From: an uncultured beta proteobacterium | GTDB lineage: Bacteria > Pseudomonadota > Gammaproteobacteria > Burkholderiales > Burkholderiaceae_D | Reading direction: 5' to 3' | Length of the DNA stretch: 64,000 bases | Assembly (NCBI GenBank): GCA_963706525.1 | Contig: CAVPMM010000008.1 | Location: 202,752-266,751 of the forward strand | Shown: positions 45,160-56,939 of the stretch, piece after piece | How positions within the stretch are numbered: the stretch's first letter is position 1 | How the letters are laid out: the number at the start of each line of letters is the position of its first letter | Notes under the pieces: model-generated | Database searches by the model: none | Told to the model about the DNA's origin: nothing | What the model saw: the letters and a program-made list of their open reading frames with translations, nothing else | Program-made: the position numbers and the translations under genes

Positions 45160-45662
45160 AACACAGCCGCCACGCCGCCATTGCCAACGCCGCGCTGGCG
45201 CTGCTGAGCTTCATGTGCGCCCTGCCCGCCGACGCGCAGCGGCTCGATACGCATTTTTCCTGCAGCGCGACGCGCGACGAGGATGGCGAACGCGTCATCT
45301 ACAGCGACAACGGCGAAGCGCACCTGAATGGCGACCGGATCGAGAGCTTCCACTGGGAATCGGCATTGTTCCGCACCATGTATGGCTACGATTGCAGCAT
45401 CGACGACGGTGATGGCCTAGAAGTCGAACTGATACAGGGCATCCAGCACGATGCCTGGCGCATCGGCTTGCGCGATGCCCGTGCCGCGCGCACTGCGCGC
45501 GGCTACAACTTCGACCGCGGCCTGAATTGCAGCATCCGACTGGAGCGCGAGGGCGACACGCTCACCGTGAAGCCGAGCTGTCCGGCCTTGTGCGGATCGC
45601 GTGCCAATTTCACGGAACTGTCGGTCGACTTGAAAAACGGCAAGTGCCGTTATGTTGAATAA
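45156..45662 (+). CDS. hypothetical secreted protein (6 Cys), no family recognised
   Basis: ATG overlaps the gatA stop (ATGA). [27 protein letters not shown] is a signal peptide. 168 aa with genome-typical codon bias. It is inserted between gatA and gatB. Confidence 0.5.
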   Translation: MKHSRHAAIANAALALLSFMCALPADAQRLDTHFSCSATRDEDGERVIYSDNGEAHLNGDRIESFHWESALFRTMYGYDCSIDDGDGLEVELIQGIQHDAWRIGLRDARAARTARGYNFDRGLNCSIRLEREGDTLTVKPSCPALCGSRANFTELSVDLKNGKCRYVE

Positions 45663-45678
45663 AACAAGCGGGGAAATT

Positions 45679-47145
45679 ATGCAGTGGGAAGTCGTCATCG
45701 GTCTGGAGACGCACGCGCAGCTCACGACCCAATCCAAGATCTTCAGCGGCGCCTCGACCCGATTCGGCGCCGAGCCGAACACGCAGGCCAGCCCGGTCGA
45801 CCTGGCGCTGCCGGGCGTGCTGCCGGTGCTGAACCGCGGCGCGGTCGAGCGCGCGATCCAGTTCGGCCTGGCGATCGGCGCCACCATCGCGCCGCATTCG
45901 GTGTTCGCGCGCAAGAACTACTTCTACCCCGACCTGCCCAAGGGCTACCAGATCAGCCAGTTCGAAGATCCCGGTGGTGCAAGGCGGCAGCATTTCGTTC
46001 ATGCTGGAAAAGGACGGCCAGGCCGTGACTGAAAACGGTGCAGCTGACGCGCGCCCACCTGGAAGAAGACGCCGGCAAGTCGCTGCACGAAGACTACCAG
46101 GGCATGACCGGGATCGACCTGAACCGCGCCGGCACGCCGCTGCTGGAAATCGTCACCGAACCCGACATGCGCAGCGCCGCCGAAGCGGTGGCCTATGCCA
46201 AGGCGCTGCACGCGCTGGTGACCTGGCTCGGCATCTGCGACGGCAACATGCAGGAAGGCTCGTTCCGCTGCGACGCCAACGTCTCGGTGCGGCCGCTCGG
46301 CCAGAAGGAATACGGCACGCGCTGCGAGATCAAGAACCTGAACTCGTTCCGCTTCATGGAAGACGCGATCAACTACGAAGTGCGGCGCCAGATCGAGCTG
46401 ATCGAGGACGGCGGCAAGGTGCAGCAGGCGACGCGCCTGTACGATCCGGACAAGAAGGAAACGCGCGCCATGCGCAGCAAGGAAGACGCGCAGGATTACC
46501 GCTACTTCCCCGATCCCGACCTGCCGCCGCTGGTGATCGCGGCCGAATGGATCGAGCGCGTCAAGGCGGCGACTGCCGGAGCTGCCGGGCGCGATGCGCG
46601 AGCGCTTCGTGCGCGACTACGGCCTGCCCGAATACGACGCCGCGGTGCTGACCGCAGTCGAAGGCGATGGCGACGTATTTCGAAGCGGTGGTCGCCAAGG
46701 CGGGCAAGGAACAGGCGAAGGCGGCGGCCAACTGGCTGATGGGCGACGTCTCGTCGACCCTGAACCGCGAAGGCGTCGACATCGCCGACGCGCCGGTGAA
46801 GGCGCAGCAGCTGGCCTTGCTGCTGCAAGCGGATCGCCGACGGCACGATTTCCAACAAGATCGCCAAGGAAGTGTTCGCGGCGATGTGGGAAGCGCGCTC
46901 GGAACAGGCGACGCTGGCCGACGACATCATCGAAGCCGAAAGGCCTGAAGCAGATTTCCGATAGCGGCGCGCTGGAAAAGATCGTCGACGAAGTGCTGGC
47001 CGCCAACGCCAAATCGGTCGAGGAATACCGCGCCGGCAAGGAAAAGGCGTTCAATGCGCTGATCGGCCAGGCGATGAAGGCGACCAAGGGCAAGGCCAAT
47101 CCGGCGCAGCTGACCGAATTGCTGAAGCAGAAGCTGGCCGGCTGA
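45679..47145 (+). CDS. gatB: Asp-tRNA(Asn)/Glu-tRNA(Gln) amidotransferase subunit B, frame broken by several frameshifts
   Basis: [30 protein letters not shown]... then [37 protein letters not shown]... The C-terminal GatB/YqeY domain ...[28 protein letters not shown] is also present. Segments sit in three frames. Confidence 0.8.
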
Positions 47146-47186
47146 AGCGCCGGCGCGCTTCGCCGCGGCTCATACGAGACCGCTCG

Positions 47187-47669
47187 ATGACGCGCATCAA
47201 TGCCGACCTGCACCCCGCCGTATTGACCGATCAGCATCTGTTTGCCGAGTATCGGGAAATGCGGCGCATCCCCAAGAGCCTGCTCAAATCCTTGGCAGGA
47301 AAATCCGCCGCCGCGCTCATTGGGCAGATACCGGCCGAGTTTCGGCTGGGAAGCGGCCACGTCAAATTTTTTTATGACAAGGGGCAGTTCCTGATCGATC
47401 GCTACGCCTTGCTGCGTCGCGAACTGCTGGAGCGCGCCTACCGATTGAACGACGATGGCATATTCGACAACCTCGGCGTGTATCGGCAATATCCCGCTTT
47501 CATGGGCAGCCGGCCAACGCTGTTCAGCCGGGACGACAGGAGCTTGATCGTCGATCGCCTCCTGGAGCGCATCCGCGCCAAACCGCATTTCTATACGCTG
47601 CGGAAAGCGCCGATCGCCCTGCCCGATTACGGCGCCCTGCTCCACGCCGCTCTTGCCGGCGACATCTAG
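47187..47669 (+). CDS. pyrimidine dimer DNA glycosylase (T4 endonuclease V/DenV family)
   Basis: Matches T4 DenV along its length: MTRINADLHPAVLTDQHLFAEYREMRRIPKSL... against T4 [27 protein letters not shown]. Also LGSGHVKFFYDKGQFLIDRYALLRRELLERAYRLND against [33 protein letters not shown]. Confidence 0.75.
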   Translation: MTRINADLHPAVLTDQHLFAEYREMRRIPKSLLKSLAGKSAAALIGQIPAEFRLGSGHVKFFYDKGQFLIDRYALLRRELLERAYRLNDDGIFDNLGVYRQYPAFMGSRPTLFSRDDRSLIVDRLLERIRAKPHFYTLRKAPIALPDYGALLHAALAGDI

Positions 47670-47709
47670 GGCAGCGCTGGCCACGGAATGGCCAAGACCC
47701 TGATACGCA

Positions 47710-47776
47710 AGGAGTATCCTTGAAAAATGTCCGGGCGATGCCCGACTCGCGATGCCATGATAGGGAGTATATAAAG
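47710..47776 (+). repeat. GGAGTAT-type intergenic repeat element, copy R5
   Basis: GGAGTAT at 47711-47717 and 47764-47770 are 53 bp apart, with GCCCGA between them. It lies between the convergent PDG and gshA genes. Confidence 0.8.
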
Positions 47777-47817
47777 CCTGCGCCCCCGACAGGGCCAACC
47801 CCTGCGCTAGCGGCGGA

Positions 47818-49419
47818 TCACTCGCACAGTTGCGCCGGCGTGCGATCGCGGTAAGCGAGGATGTAGTCGTCGAAGCTGCTGCCGCGATCGGCCTCTTCCA
47901 TGCGCTCCTGTTCGGCCAGCGACAGGCGCCCCAGTTCGGTGAAATAGCCGGCCTCCTGCGCGCTCGGCGGCCGCGCGCGGAAATCCGCCGCGTGGGCCAG
48001 GCTCTGGCGCAGCGCAAACTCCCGAAACGATCCGCCATGGGCGCGCAGCGCCGCCAGCACCTGCGCCGACGGCGTCAGTTCCGGTTCTTCCAGCTTGTCG
48101 GCCTGCGCCCGCAGCGCCTGGCCATGGACCATGCCGCCGCGCTGGGCATCCAGCACCTCGGCGGCGGCGCCGATCCGTTCCAGCAATTCCCTGCCCCAGT
48201 CGCGCATGCCGATGGCGGCGCCCTGCCGCTGCAGCGTCAGCCCCGGCTGGCGGCCGTGCTTGACGACGGCGGCGAAATTGGCGGCGTTCTCGCGGCTTTC
48301 CGCTTCATCGGTCGGCGCGCTTTCATCGAGCGCACAGAACAGCAGGAAGGCGTCGAGAAAGCGCCCGGCTTCGAGGCCGATACCGAGCCGATGGAAGGGA
48401 TCGACATCCAGGCAGCGCACCTCGATGTACTGCACGCCGCGCGCGCACAGGGCTTCCAGCGGCCGCTCGCCGCTCCTGATGACGCGCTTGGGTCGGATCG
48501 TGGCGTAATACTCGTTTTCGATCTGCAGCACGTTGGTGTTCAGCTGCACCCATTCGCCGTCGCGCCGCATGCCGATTTTTTCGTAAGGCGGATACGGCTG
48601 CCGCACCGCGCGCGCCAGCCCGGCCATGTAGGCATGCAGGGTGTTGTAAGGCGGCATCAGGCCCGCCTGCGCGGTGTTCTTGTAGCCGAGATCGCTCATG
48701 CGCAGGCTGGTGGCGTGCGGCAGATACAACGTGTCGGCCGACAACACCTGCAATTCATGCGGACGGCCGCGCAGGAAACCGGCTTCCATCGCCGGCGAGG
48801 CGCCGAACAGATACATCAAGAGCCAGCTGTAGCGCTGGAAATTGCGGATCAGCGCGATATAGCTTTCCGACTGGTAATCGAGCGCGCTGGCGGCCGCATT
48901 GGCCGCCGTCGGCTCGGCCTCCTGCAGCACGCGCCAGACCTGTTCCGCCAGCGAAAAGTTGTAGTGGATGCCGGCAATGCATTGCATGCTCTTGCCATAG
49001 CGCAGCGCCAGGCCGCGCCGGTAGACGTGCTTCAGCATGCCGATGTGCGACTTGCCATACCAGGCGATCGGGATTTCGGGCTCGTCCGGCAGCGGGCCCG
49101 GCATCGACTGGCTCCACAACAATTCGTCGCCCAGCCGGGAATAGGCGAAGCGATGAATCGCATCCAGCTGCTCCAGCACGGTGCCGATGTCGGGTTCGGC
49201 CGGCGTGATGAATTCCAGCAGCGATTCGGAGTAGTCGGTGGTGATTTGCGGATGGGTCAGCGCGGCGCCCAGCGCCGGCGGATGCGGCGTCAGCGCCAGA
49301 TGGCCGTGCCGATCGACGCGCAGCGTTTCGCGCTCGATGCCGCGCAAGCCTTGCATCAGCAAGGGCCGGTGGGCGGCGGACGACAGCAGGGCGAGACGGC
49401 GGGCGAGCAGATCGCTCAT
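47818..49419 (-). CDS. gshA: glutamate--cysteine ligase (E. coli GshA-type)
   Basis: ORF 47818..49581 trimmed to [12 protein letters not shown], which has an AAGGA SD. Long collinear similarity to proteobacterial GshA ([21 protein letters not shown]..., [16 protein letters not shown]...). Confidence 0.85.
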   Translation of the reverse strand: MSDLLARRLALLSSAAHRPLLMQGLRGIERETLRVDRHGHLALTPHPPALGAALTHPQITTDYSESLLEFITPAEPDIGTVLEQLDAIHRFAYSRLGDELLWSQSMPGPLPDEPEIPIAWYGKSHIGMLKHVYRRGLALRYGKSMQCIAGIHYNFSLAEQVWRVLQEAEPTAANAAASALDYQSESYIALIRNFQRYSWLLMYLFGASPAMEAGFLRGRPHELQVLSADTLYLPHATSLRMSDLGYKNTAQAGLMPPYNTLHAYMAGLARAVRQPYPPYEKIGMRRDGEWVQLNTNVLQIENEYYATIRPKRVIRSGERPLEALCARGVQYIEVRCLDVDPFHRLGIGLEAGRFLDAFLLFCALDESAPTDEAESRENAANFAAVVKHGRQPGLTLQRQGAAIGMRDWGRELLERIGAAAEVLDAQRGGMVHGQALRAQADKLEEPELTPSAQVLAALRAHGGSFREFALRQSLAHAADFRARPPSAQEAGYFTELGRLSLAEQERMEEADRGSSFDDYILAYRDRTPAQLCE

Positions 49420-49755
49420 GAAGATCCTTGTTCTGTATGGGAAGCGCCGCGGGAATCCACGGCAAATTTCATGAAAGGATAAACGAAATCCTTGAAGCGG
49501 ATTTGGCGCCGGACTTTTTGAAAACCGGCTGGGACTCGTGCTGACGCAGGCAAGCGGCGCACATCGTACTGCGCGCAGCACGATTTCGGCCGCCGCGTTA
49601 CCATCGCACCCCGACGAAACAACCCATGCGCCGCGGCGGCAATCGCCGCCGGCGCCCGCCAGAACGGAGCCCGCCTTGCATTACCCGGCAACATCTCACC
49701 GCCTTTTTTCCGCGCCGCTGCGGCGACCGCGCCAGCCCCTTGCCGCCGGCCTGGA

Positions 49756-50640
49756 GTGATCTTGGCCGCCTCCAACTCCCGCGCGATCGGCCTGTTGTGC
49801 CTGCTGGTGACTTCGGTCGGCTGGGGCCTGAACTGGCCGGCCATAAAATTCCTGCTGACGCAGTGGCCGCCGCTGTTCGCGCGCGGTAGCGCCGGCATCG
49901 CCGCCGCCGTCATCCTGAGCGCTATCGCGCTGCTGCGCGGCGAACGGCTGGCGGTGCCGCGCGAGCACTACGGCCGGCTGCTGGTCGCCGGCTTCATCAA
50001 TGTCTTCGCCTGGATGGGATTTGCGACGCTGGCCCTGCGCTGGTTGGCGGCCGGCCAGGCGGCGCTGCTGGTATATACGATGCCGCTGTGGGCCACCCTG
50101 CTGGCCTGGCCGCTGCGCGGCCAGCGCCCGAGCGCGCGCAGCCTGGCGGGGCTGGCGCTATGCCTGGGCGGACTCTTGGTGCTGTTCGGCGGGTCCGGCC
50201 TGGCGCTCGGCATCGAGCAGTTGCCCGGAGTGCTGCTGGCCTTGAGTGCGGCGTTTTTATTTGCGCTGGGAACCGTCACGCTGGGGGCACCGTCGGCCTT
50301 GCCGCCGCTGACCGCGGTGATCTGGCAGCTGGTCATCGGCTGTGCGCCGATGCTGGCCTTCGGCCTGGCGTTCGAGCATCCGCGCTGGGATGCGCTGACG
50401 CCGCTCGGCTGGGGCCTGATGGCCTATATGACGACGATGTCGATGGCGGTGTGCTACCTGAGCTGGTTCGCGGCGCTGCGCCGCCTGCCGCCGGCCACCG
50501 CGTCGATCGCGACGCTGCTGACGCCGGTGATCGGCGTGCTCGCCGCCGCGCTGGCCTTGGGCGAACCGCTGGGATGGCCGGAGGCGCTGGCGCTGGCGCT
50601 GACCATCGGCGGCCTGGCGCTGGTGCTGCGCAAAGGCTGA
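49756..50640 (+). CDS. DMT superfamily transporter (EamA-like, two EamA repeats)
   Basis: 294 aa with 10 predicted TM helices and duplicated EamA-type domains. Confidence 0.7.
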   Translation: MILAASNSRAIGLLCLLVTSVGWGLNWPAIKFLLTQWPPLFARGSAGIAAAVILSAIALLRGERLAVPREHYGRLLVAGFINVFAWMGFATLALRWLAAGQAALLVYTMPLWATLLAWPLRGQRPSARSLAGLALCLGGLLVLFGGSGLALGIEQLPGVLLALSAAFLFALGTVTLGAPSALPPLTAVIWQLVIGCAPMLAFGLAFEHPRWDALTPLGWGLMAYMTTMSMAVCYLSWFAALRRLPPATASIATLLTPVIGVLAAALALGEPLGWPEALALALTIGGLALVLRKG

Positions 50641-50658
50641 GCGCGCCGGCGCGATGCG

Positions 50659-53311
50659 CTAGCGCTGCGGGTCGGGAATATGGCCATGCAAGAGCGCGGC
50701 AAACTCGTCGGCCGGAATCGGCCGACTGAAGTAGTAACCCTGCATCTCGTCGCAGGCGTGCGCGCGCAGAAAGGATTCCTGCTCGCGGGTTTCGACGCCC
50801 TCGGCCACCACGGTCAGGGAGAGCGTCTTGCCCATGGCGATGATCGCTTCGATGATCGCCTTGTCTTCGGTATTGGTGGCGATGTCGCGGATGAACGAGC
50901 GGTCCACCTTCAGCGTGTCGATCGGGAAGTTCTTCAGCTGGCCGAGCGATGAATAGCCGGTGCCGAAATCGTCGATCGCCAGCCGCACGCCCATGCCCTT
51001 GATCGCGCTCAGCAAGCGCACCGCCTGCGCCGGGTTCTGGATCACCATGCCCTCGGTAATCTCAAGTTCCAGCAATTCCGGCGCCATGCCGGTTTCGGCC
51101 AGGATTTCGGTCAAATCCGAGAGCAGGTGCTCGTCGCTGAACTGGCGCACCGACAGGTTGACCGCCATGCAGATCGGCGGCAGCCCTTGGCGCTGCCAGG
51201 CGACGTTCTGCAGGCAGGCGGTGCGTAGCACCCACTTGCCGATCGGCACGATCAGGCCGGTTTCCTCGGCGGCCGGAATGAATTGCGCCGGCGACACCGA
51301 GCCCAGTTCCGGATTGTCCCAGCGCAGCAGCGCCTCGACGCCGGTGATCGTGCCTTTTTTGAGGTCGCGCTTGGCCTGGTAGTGCAGCGAAAACTCATCG
51401 TTTTCCATCGCATGCCGCAGGTTGGCCTCCAGCGTCAGCCGTTCCAGAGTTTGCGAGGTGATGTCGGTCGAATAGAACTGGAAATTGTTCTTGCCTTCGC
51501 TCTTGGCAAAATACATCGCGATGTCGGCATTCTTCATCAGCGTCTGGCCGTCCTCGCCGTCTTGCGGATAGAGCGCGATGCCGATGCTGGCCGTGACCCG
51601 GCATTCGCGGCCCAGCAGCAGCAGCGGCTTGATGGCCGCCGACAGCAGCTTGCGCGCGACGGTGCGCACCTTGTCGACGCTCTTGACTTCCTCGACCAGC
51701 ACCACGAATTCGTCGCCGCCCAGGCGGGCGATGACGTCGGAAGCGCGCAGCGCCTTCTTGAAGCGCTCGGTGATTTCCTGCAGCAGCTGGTCGCCGGCGA
51801 CGTGCCCGAGCGTGTCGTTGATGAACTTGAAGCGGTCGAGGTCGATGAACAATACCGCGAACATGCGCTCATGGCGCTGCGCGCTCGACAAGGCATGGGT
51901 GAGCAGCTGGTTGAACATCGCCCGGTTCGGCAGCCCGGTCAGGCTGTCGTGCGTGGCCAGGTGCTGGATGCGCGCTTCGGCGATCTTCTGGTCGGTGATC
52001 TCGCGCGAGACGCCGCGATAGCCGGTGAAGCGGTTTTCCCGATCGAACACCGGCTCGCCGGACACGCTGATGTAGTACGGCGTATCGCCGGCCAGCTGGC
52101 GGAACATGATCGCATCGCGGAACGGCTTATGCGCCAGCAGCAGCGCGCGGTGCGCGTCCCAGCCGCCCGGCGCGTGCATCTCGAGCTCGGTTTCCCACGG
52201 CCGCTTGGCGAGAAAGGTCTGCTGCACGGCGCCGCCGCCGGCGTGCCGGCTTTCCATGCGCGTGTAGCGCAGTTCGGCATCCTGTTCCCAGTACCAGTCG
52301 GACGACAGGTTGGTCAGTGCCCGGAACCGCGCTTCGCTCTCGCGCAAGGCCTGCTCGGTGAGGCGCCGCTGCGTGACGTCGCGCAGGATGCCGCCGAAGC
52401 CGATGGGATTGCCGGCGGCATCGCGCACCAGCTGCACCGAACCTTCGCCGACCACCGTGCGGCCATCCTTGTGCCGCATTTCCCAGTCGAAGCTGGGCGC
52501 GGCCATGCCGGTCCGATAGACCGTATTGAAGGTCTGGTACACGCGGTCGGCCATCTGGGAGGATTGCATCGCACGGTAATTCATTCCGCTGCAGCTCGCT
52601 TTCGGTGTATCCGACCAGGCGGCAAAAGGCGCCGTTGCACAGCACGATGCTGCCCGTCAGGTCGACCTCGTAATAGGCGTCTTCGATGGTTTCCAGGATG
52701 CGCCGGTATTTCGCCTCGACCGCGCGCTGCTCCTGGGCGGCTTGCCGGCGCTCTTCCTCGCGCATGAAGTTTTGCAGCGCGAAGACGACATTGCGCGCCA
52801 TGCGCTCGATCAGCTGCAGGGTTTCGGCGTCGAAGGCGTTTTTCTCGGCGGAATAGAACAGCAGCACGCCATACGCGCGCTGCTCCAGCAGCAGCGGCAC
52901 TGCCGCCCCCGCCTGCAGCCCCTCGCTGGCCGCCACCGCATGCCACGGCGCGGTGCGCGGATCGTTCAGGAAATCATTGCTGAAACACGGGCGTCCGCTG
53001 CGGAAGGCGGTGCCGACCAGGCCCTGCCCCTCTGCCGGCACATCGGCCACCGAGATCGGCGCATCGCTGATCTGTTCCGGCCGTGCGCCGGCGATCGCCG
53101 CGATGCCGATGCGCGCGGTGTCCGGATCCGGGATCGCCACCGCCATCACACGGAACTTGCCGCCCTCGACGGCGGCATCACACACCCGCTGGTACAGCTC
53201 GGCCACATTGGTGGCACGCAGCATCGCCTCGTTGGTCGCGCTCAAGACTGCATAAATTGCCGCCAGATGCCCCCATTCCGCATCGCCCCGGGAAAGTTGT
53301 CTACTTGCCAT
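50659..53311 (-). CDS. GAF/PAS sensor-containing diguanylate cyclase/phosphodiesterase (GGDEF + EAL), one frameshift near 52590
   Basis: N-terminal GAF and PAS in ORF 52127..53311. Then PAS, GGDEF (RLGGDEFVVLV) and EAL (EALLRW...DDFGTGYSSL...KVDRSFI) in ORF 50659..52584. Confidence 0.8.
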
Positions 53312-53437
53312 GTCTCGTATTTTTTTTGTTAGAGAACCGGCGGCCTCGCATCAAGGCCAAACCGGGGCGGCATCCTGCGGCAGCGCCAAGCTTGAGTCTA
53401 GCGGCTCAATTCCCTGGGAGCAACTAGACTTCGGCCG

Positions 53438-54152
53438 TCATTCGCTCCGGCCATCGGCCACGCCGTAGCGCTGGCGATAGGCCGCCACCGCCGCCTGATG
53501 CTGCGCCAGCTGCGAATCGGCGCCGGCCGCCGCGATGTATTCCAGCAAGTCGTTGAGGTTGGCGATCGCGATCACCGGCATGCCGTACATCGCGCCCACT
53601 TCCTGCACCGCCGACGCCGCCGACAAGGCGCCGTCGGCGCCGGAACGCTCCATGCGGTCGAGCGCGATCAGCACCGCGCACGGCGTGGCGCCGGCGGCGC
53701 GGATGATCTCGACCGATTCGCGCACCGAGGTGCCGGCCGAGATCACGTCGTCGACGATCACCACCCGCCCCGCGAGCGGCGCGCCGACCACGCTGCCGCC
53801 CTCGCCGTGGTCCTTGGCCTCCTTGCGGTTGAAGGCGAACGGCACGTTGCGGCCCTGCTGCGCCAGCGCCACGGCGGTGGCCGAGGCCAGCGTGATGCCC
53901 TTGTAGGCAGGGCCGAACAGCATGTCGAATTCGAGCGCCGGCATCGGCCAGCGTGCGCGCATAGAATTCCGCCAACCGGCCCAGCGAGGCGCCGTCGTTG
54001 AACAGGCCGGCATTGAAGAAATAGGGCGAAGTGCGCCCGGCCTTGGTCACGAACTCGCCGAAGCGCAGCACGCCGGCGGCGACTGAAAAGGCGATGAATT
54101 GTTGGCGTAGGTTGTTGTTCAAGATCGATCCCGCATCGTAGGTGGCTGACAA
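53438..54152 (-). CDS. pyrE: orotate phosphoribosyltransferase, one frameshift near 53940
   Basis: [72 protein letters not shown], then (frame change) [25 protein letters not shown]...[13 protein letters not shown]...[13 protein letters not shown]. Collinear with E. coli PyrE. Confidence 0.85.
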
Positions 54153-54273
54153 GGTGGCGCCGGACCGAGGCCTGGCGCTCGCAGCGCTATTTTAATGGCT
54201 TTGGCGCCGGCGCCGGAGCGGCCGCGCCGAATCGGGTATGCTACGCAGCCTGTCTTTTTTGCTTGCGATTCCG

Positions 54274-55055
54274 ATGAAAATCATTTCCGCCAACCTGAAC
54301 GGCATCCGCTCGGCTGCCCGCAAGGGGTTCTTCGAATGGCTGCCGGCGCAAGGCGCCGACGTCGTCTGCGTGCAGGAACTGAAGGCGCAGGAAGCCGACA
54401 TGACGCCGGAATTCCTCGAATCCGCCCGGCTACCACGGCTATTTCCACTACGCCGAAAAGAAAGGCTATTCCGGCGTCGGCCTCTACAGCCGGATGCCGG
54501 CCAAGACGGTCAGGATCGGTTTCGGCAACCCGGAATTCGACGCCGAGGGACGCTATGTCGAATGCGACTTCGGCACATCTGACGGTGATCTCGCTGTATT
54601 GCCCGTCCGGCTCGTCCAGCCCGGAACGGCAGGAAGCCAAGTTCCGCTTCATGGAAGCGTTCCTGCCGCACCTGCTGGAGCTGAAAGCAAGCGGCCGCGA
54701 AATCGTCATCTGCGGCGACTGGAACATCGCGCACCAGCAGATCGACCTGAAGAACTGGCGCAGCAACCAGAAGAATTCCGGCTTCCTGCCGGAGGAGCGC
54801 GCCTGGCTGTCGCGCGTGTTCGACGAGGTCGGGCTGGTGGACGCCTACCGCAGCGTGTGCCCGGACGCCACCGGCGATTGCTATACCTGGTGGAGCAACC
54901 GCGGCCAGGCCTGGGCCAACAACGTCGGCTGGCGCATCGACTATCACATCGCGACGCAGGGTATCGCGGCGGCGGCCCGGGAGGCTTCCATCTATAAGGA
55001 AGCCCGCTTCAGCGATCATGCGCCATTGACGATCGATTATCAGCTGGCGCTGTAA
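54274..55055 (+). CDS. xthA: exodeoxyribonuclease III, frameshift(s) around 54420-54560
   Basis: MKIISANLNGIRSAARKGFFEWLPAQGADVVCVQELKAQEADM... then ...CGDWNIAHQQIDLKNWRSNQKNSGFLPEERAWLSRVFDEVGLVDAYR...SDHAPLTIDY. Confidence 0.8.
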
Positions 55056-55142
55056 TTCCGTCGCGCCGGCTTCCTGTCCGCTGCAGAATGCCGGCCGCAA
55101 GAGGCCTCAAGGCCTTCCATCCCGCCTGAAGAATTGCGCACC

Positions 55143-55860
55143 ATGACCGACCTTTCCGCCTTTCCCATCACCAAGAAATGGCCCGCGCGGCATCCCGAGC
55201 GCATCCAGCTGTATTCGCTGCCCACGCCCAACGGCGTCAAGGTCTCGATCATGCTCGAAGAGACCGGCCTGCCGTACGAGCCGCACCTGGTCGAGCTTCG
55301 ACACCAACGACCAGATGTCGCCGGAGTTCCTGTCGCTCAACCCGAACAACAAGATCCCGGCCATCCTCGATCCCGACGGCCCGGACGGCAAGCCGCTGGC
55401 GCTGTTCGAATCGGGCGCGATCCTGATTTATCTGGCCGACAAGAGCGGCCAGCTGCTGCCGCCGGATGCGGCCGGGCGCTACGAGACGATCCAGTGGCTG
55501 ATGTTCCAGATGGGCGGCATCGGCCCGATGTTCGGCCAGCTCGGCTTCTTCCACAAGTTCGCCGGCAAGGACTACGAGGACAAGCGCCCGCGCGACCGCT
55601 ACGTGGCCGAATCGAAGCGCCTGCTCGGCGTGCTCGAGCAGCGGCTGGCCGGGCGCCGCTGGATCATGGGCGACGCCTACACCATCGCCGACATCGCCAC
55701 CTTCCCGTGGGTGCGCAACCTGATCGGCTTCTACGAGGCCGGCGAGCTGGTCGGCATCGCCGATTTCCCCCAGGTCCGGCGCGCGCTGGATGCCTTCGTG
55801 GCACGTCCCGCGGTCGCAAAAGGCATCACCATCCCGAGCCGCGACCCGATCCCGGCCTAG
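55143..55860 (+). CDS. Nu-class glutathione S-transferase (YfcG/YghU-like), one frameshift near 55295
   Basis: MTDLSAFPITKKWPARHPERIQLYSLPTPNGVKVSIMLEETGLPYEPHLV, then (frame change) SPEFLSLNPNNKIPAILDPDG...LFESGAILIYLADKSG...IQWLMFQMGGIGPMFGQ, closely parallel to E. coli YfcG. Confidence 0.8.
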
Positions 55861-55890
55861 GCCGGCGGCCGACCGGCGCGCCGCCGCGCT

Positions 55891-55924
55891 GAGAGCGGCG
55901 TGCCATTGGCCGCTCTCTTGTTCC
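55891..55924 (+). terminator. Rho-independent terminator downstream of the GST gene
   Basis: Perfect 9-bp stem GAGAGCGGC / GCCGCTCTC with a 9-nt loop, followed by TTGTTCC. Confidence 0.6.
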
Positions 55925-56033
55925 GCCACAAGGCCCGGACGTCAACCGGTGCAACAATTGCCTGACAGGCGTCGAGGGCATGGCAAACCGGATAGCTTGC
56001 CCGCCCGCCAGTCGTTCACCGGCAGGAGGGTAT

Positions 56034-56531
56034 ATGCAGAGCAAATGGATGGCGTTGGTCGTCAGTGCGGCAATCGCTCCGTGCGTGGCGAATGCGCAGG
56101 CGGTGTTGAACGTACGCACGATTTCCCTGGCGGCGGCGCATGAAGCGGCGCTGGCAGCGCTGGAACAGTGCCGCAAGAACGGCTTTAAGGTAACAGTAAC
56201 CGTGCTCGATCGCCTGGGCCGTACCAAGGTCGTGCTGCACGATGACGACGCCAATCCCCATACCGCCGAAAACAGCCTGCGCAAGGCGTATACGAGCCTC
56301 ACTTCGCGCGTTCCTTCCGGAGAATACGGCAGACGCGTCACCGCAGATCCAAAGCTGGTCGGCCTTCTCAGCCTGGAACAGATGACCTCGGTCGAAGGTG
56401 GACTGCCGGTCATGGCCGGCAAGGATTTGGTGGGGGCGATCGGCGTTTCCGGCGCTCCCGGCGGCGACAAGGACGCGGCGTGCGCGCAAGCCGGCATCGA
56501 CCACATTGCAAAAAATCTCGCCGGAAGCTGA
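56034..56531 (+). CDS. GlcG/HbpS family heme-binding protein (DUF336)
   Basis: ORF 55980..56531 trimmed to MQSKWMALVVSAAIAPCVANA (signal peptide), which has an AGGAGG SD. Core ...LLSLEQMTSVEGGLPVMAGKDLVGAIGVSGAPGGDKDAACAQAGI is typical of DUF336. Confidence 0.7.
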   Translation: MQSKWMALVVSAAIAPCVANAQAVLNVRTISLAAAHEAALAALEQCRKNGFKVTVTVLDRLGRTKVVLHDDDANPHTAENSLRKAYTSLTSRVPSGEYGRRVTADPKLVGLLSLEQMTSVEGGLPVMAGKDLVGAIGVSGAPGGDKDAACAQAGIDHIAKNLAGS

Positions 56532-56939
56532 ACCCGGCCATTGGCCGGCGGCCCGTTTGCACACCCCCGCCTCCCCTGGCGGCGCGGCAACCGGAAAAAA
56601 TCTGGCAATAGCCTCTTCTCCTTGCCGGTCGGCGGTCGCCGCCCTTGCGCCGTACCGCCGGCAATCGTTGGCGGCGCACAGCGGCGGTCCGGCAGGGCGG
56701 GGAACTGTGGGCAAGAGCAGATACGGCCTGACTGACTCAGTCGAGGCCGAGGCGGATTGGTCGCGGGACAAGGCGCGGCGACGCGCCGTAGCGGAGCTAC
56801 GGCAAGGAGCCGCAACGCCGTCCCGGGGCCAAGGTGCCCGGCATCGGCGAGTCAGGTCAGACCGAATTTGCTCTAAAATGCGGACTCAAAAAAATTCCCT
56901 TATTTCAATAAATTCGCCTTGCCAGCGACAAGACGCAGA

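Noticed and set aside
56015-56036. GGAGGGTATATG resembling the GGAGTATAT repeat half-site
   Set aside because: A single imperfect half-site with no partner 53 bp away. It is simply the SD and start of the GlcG-like gene.
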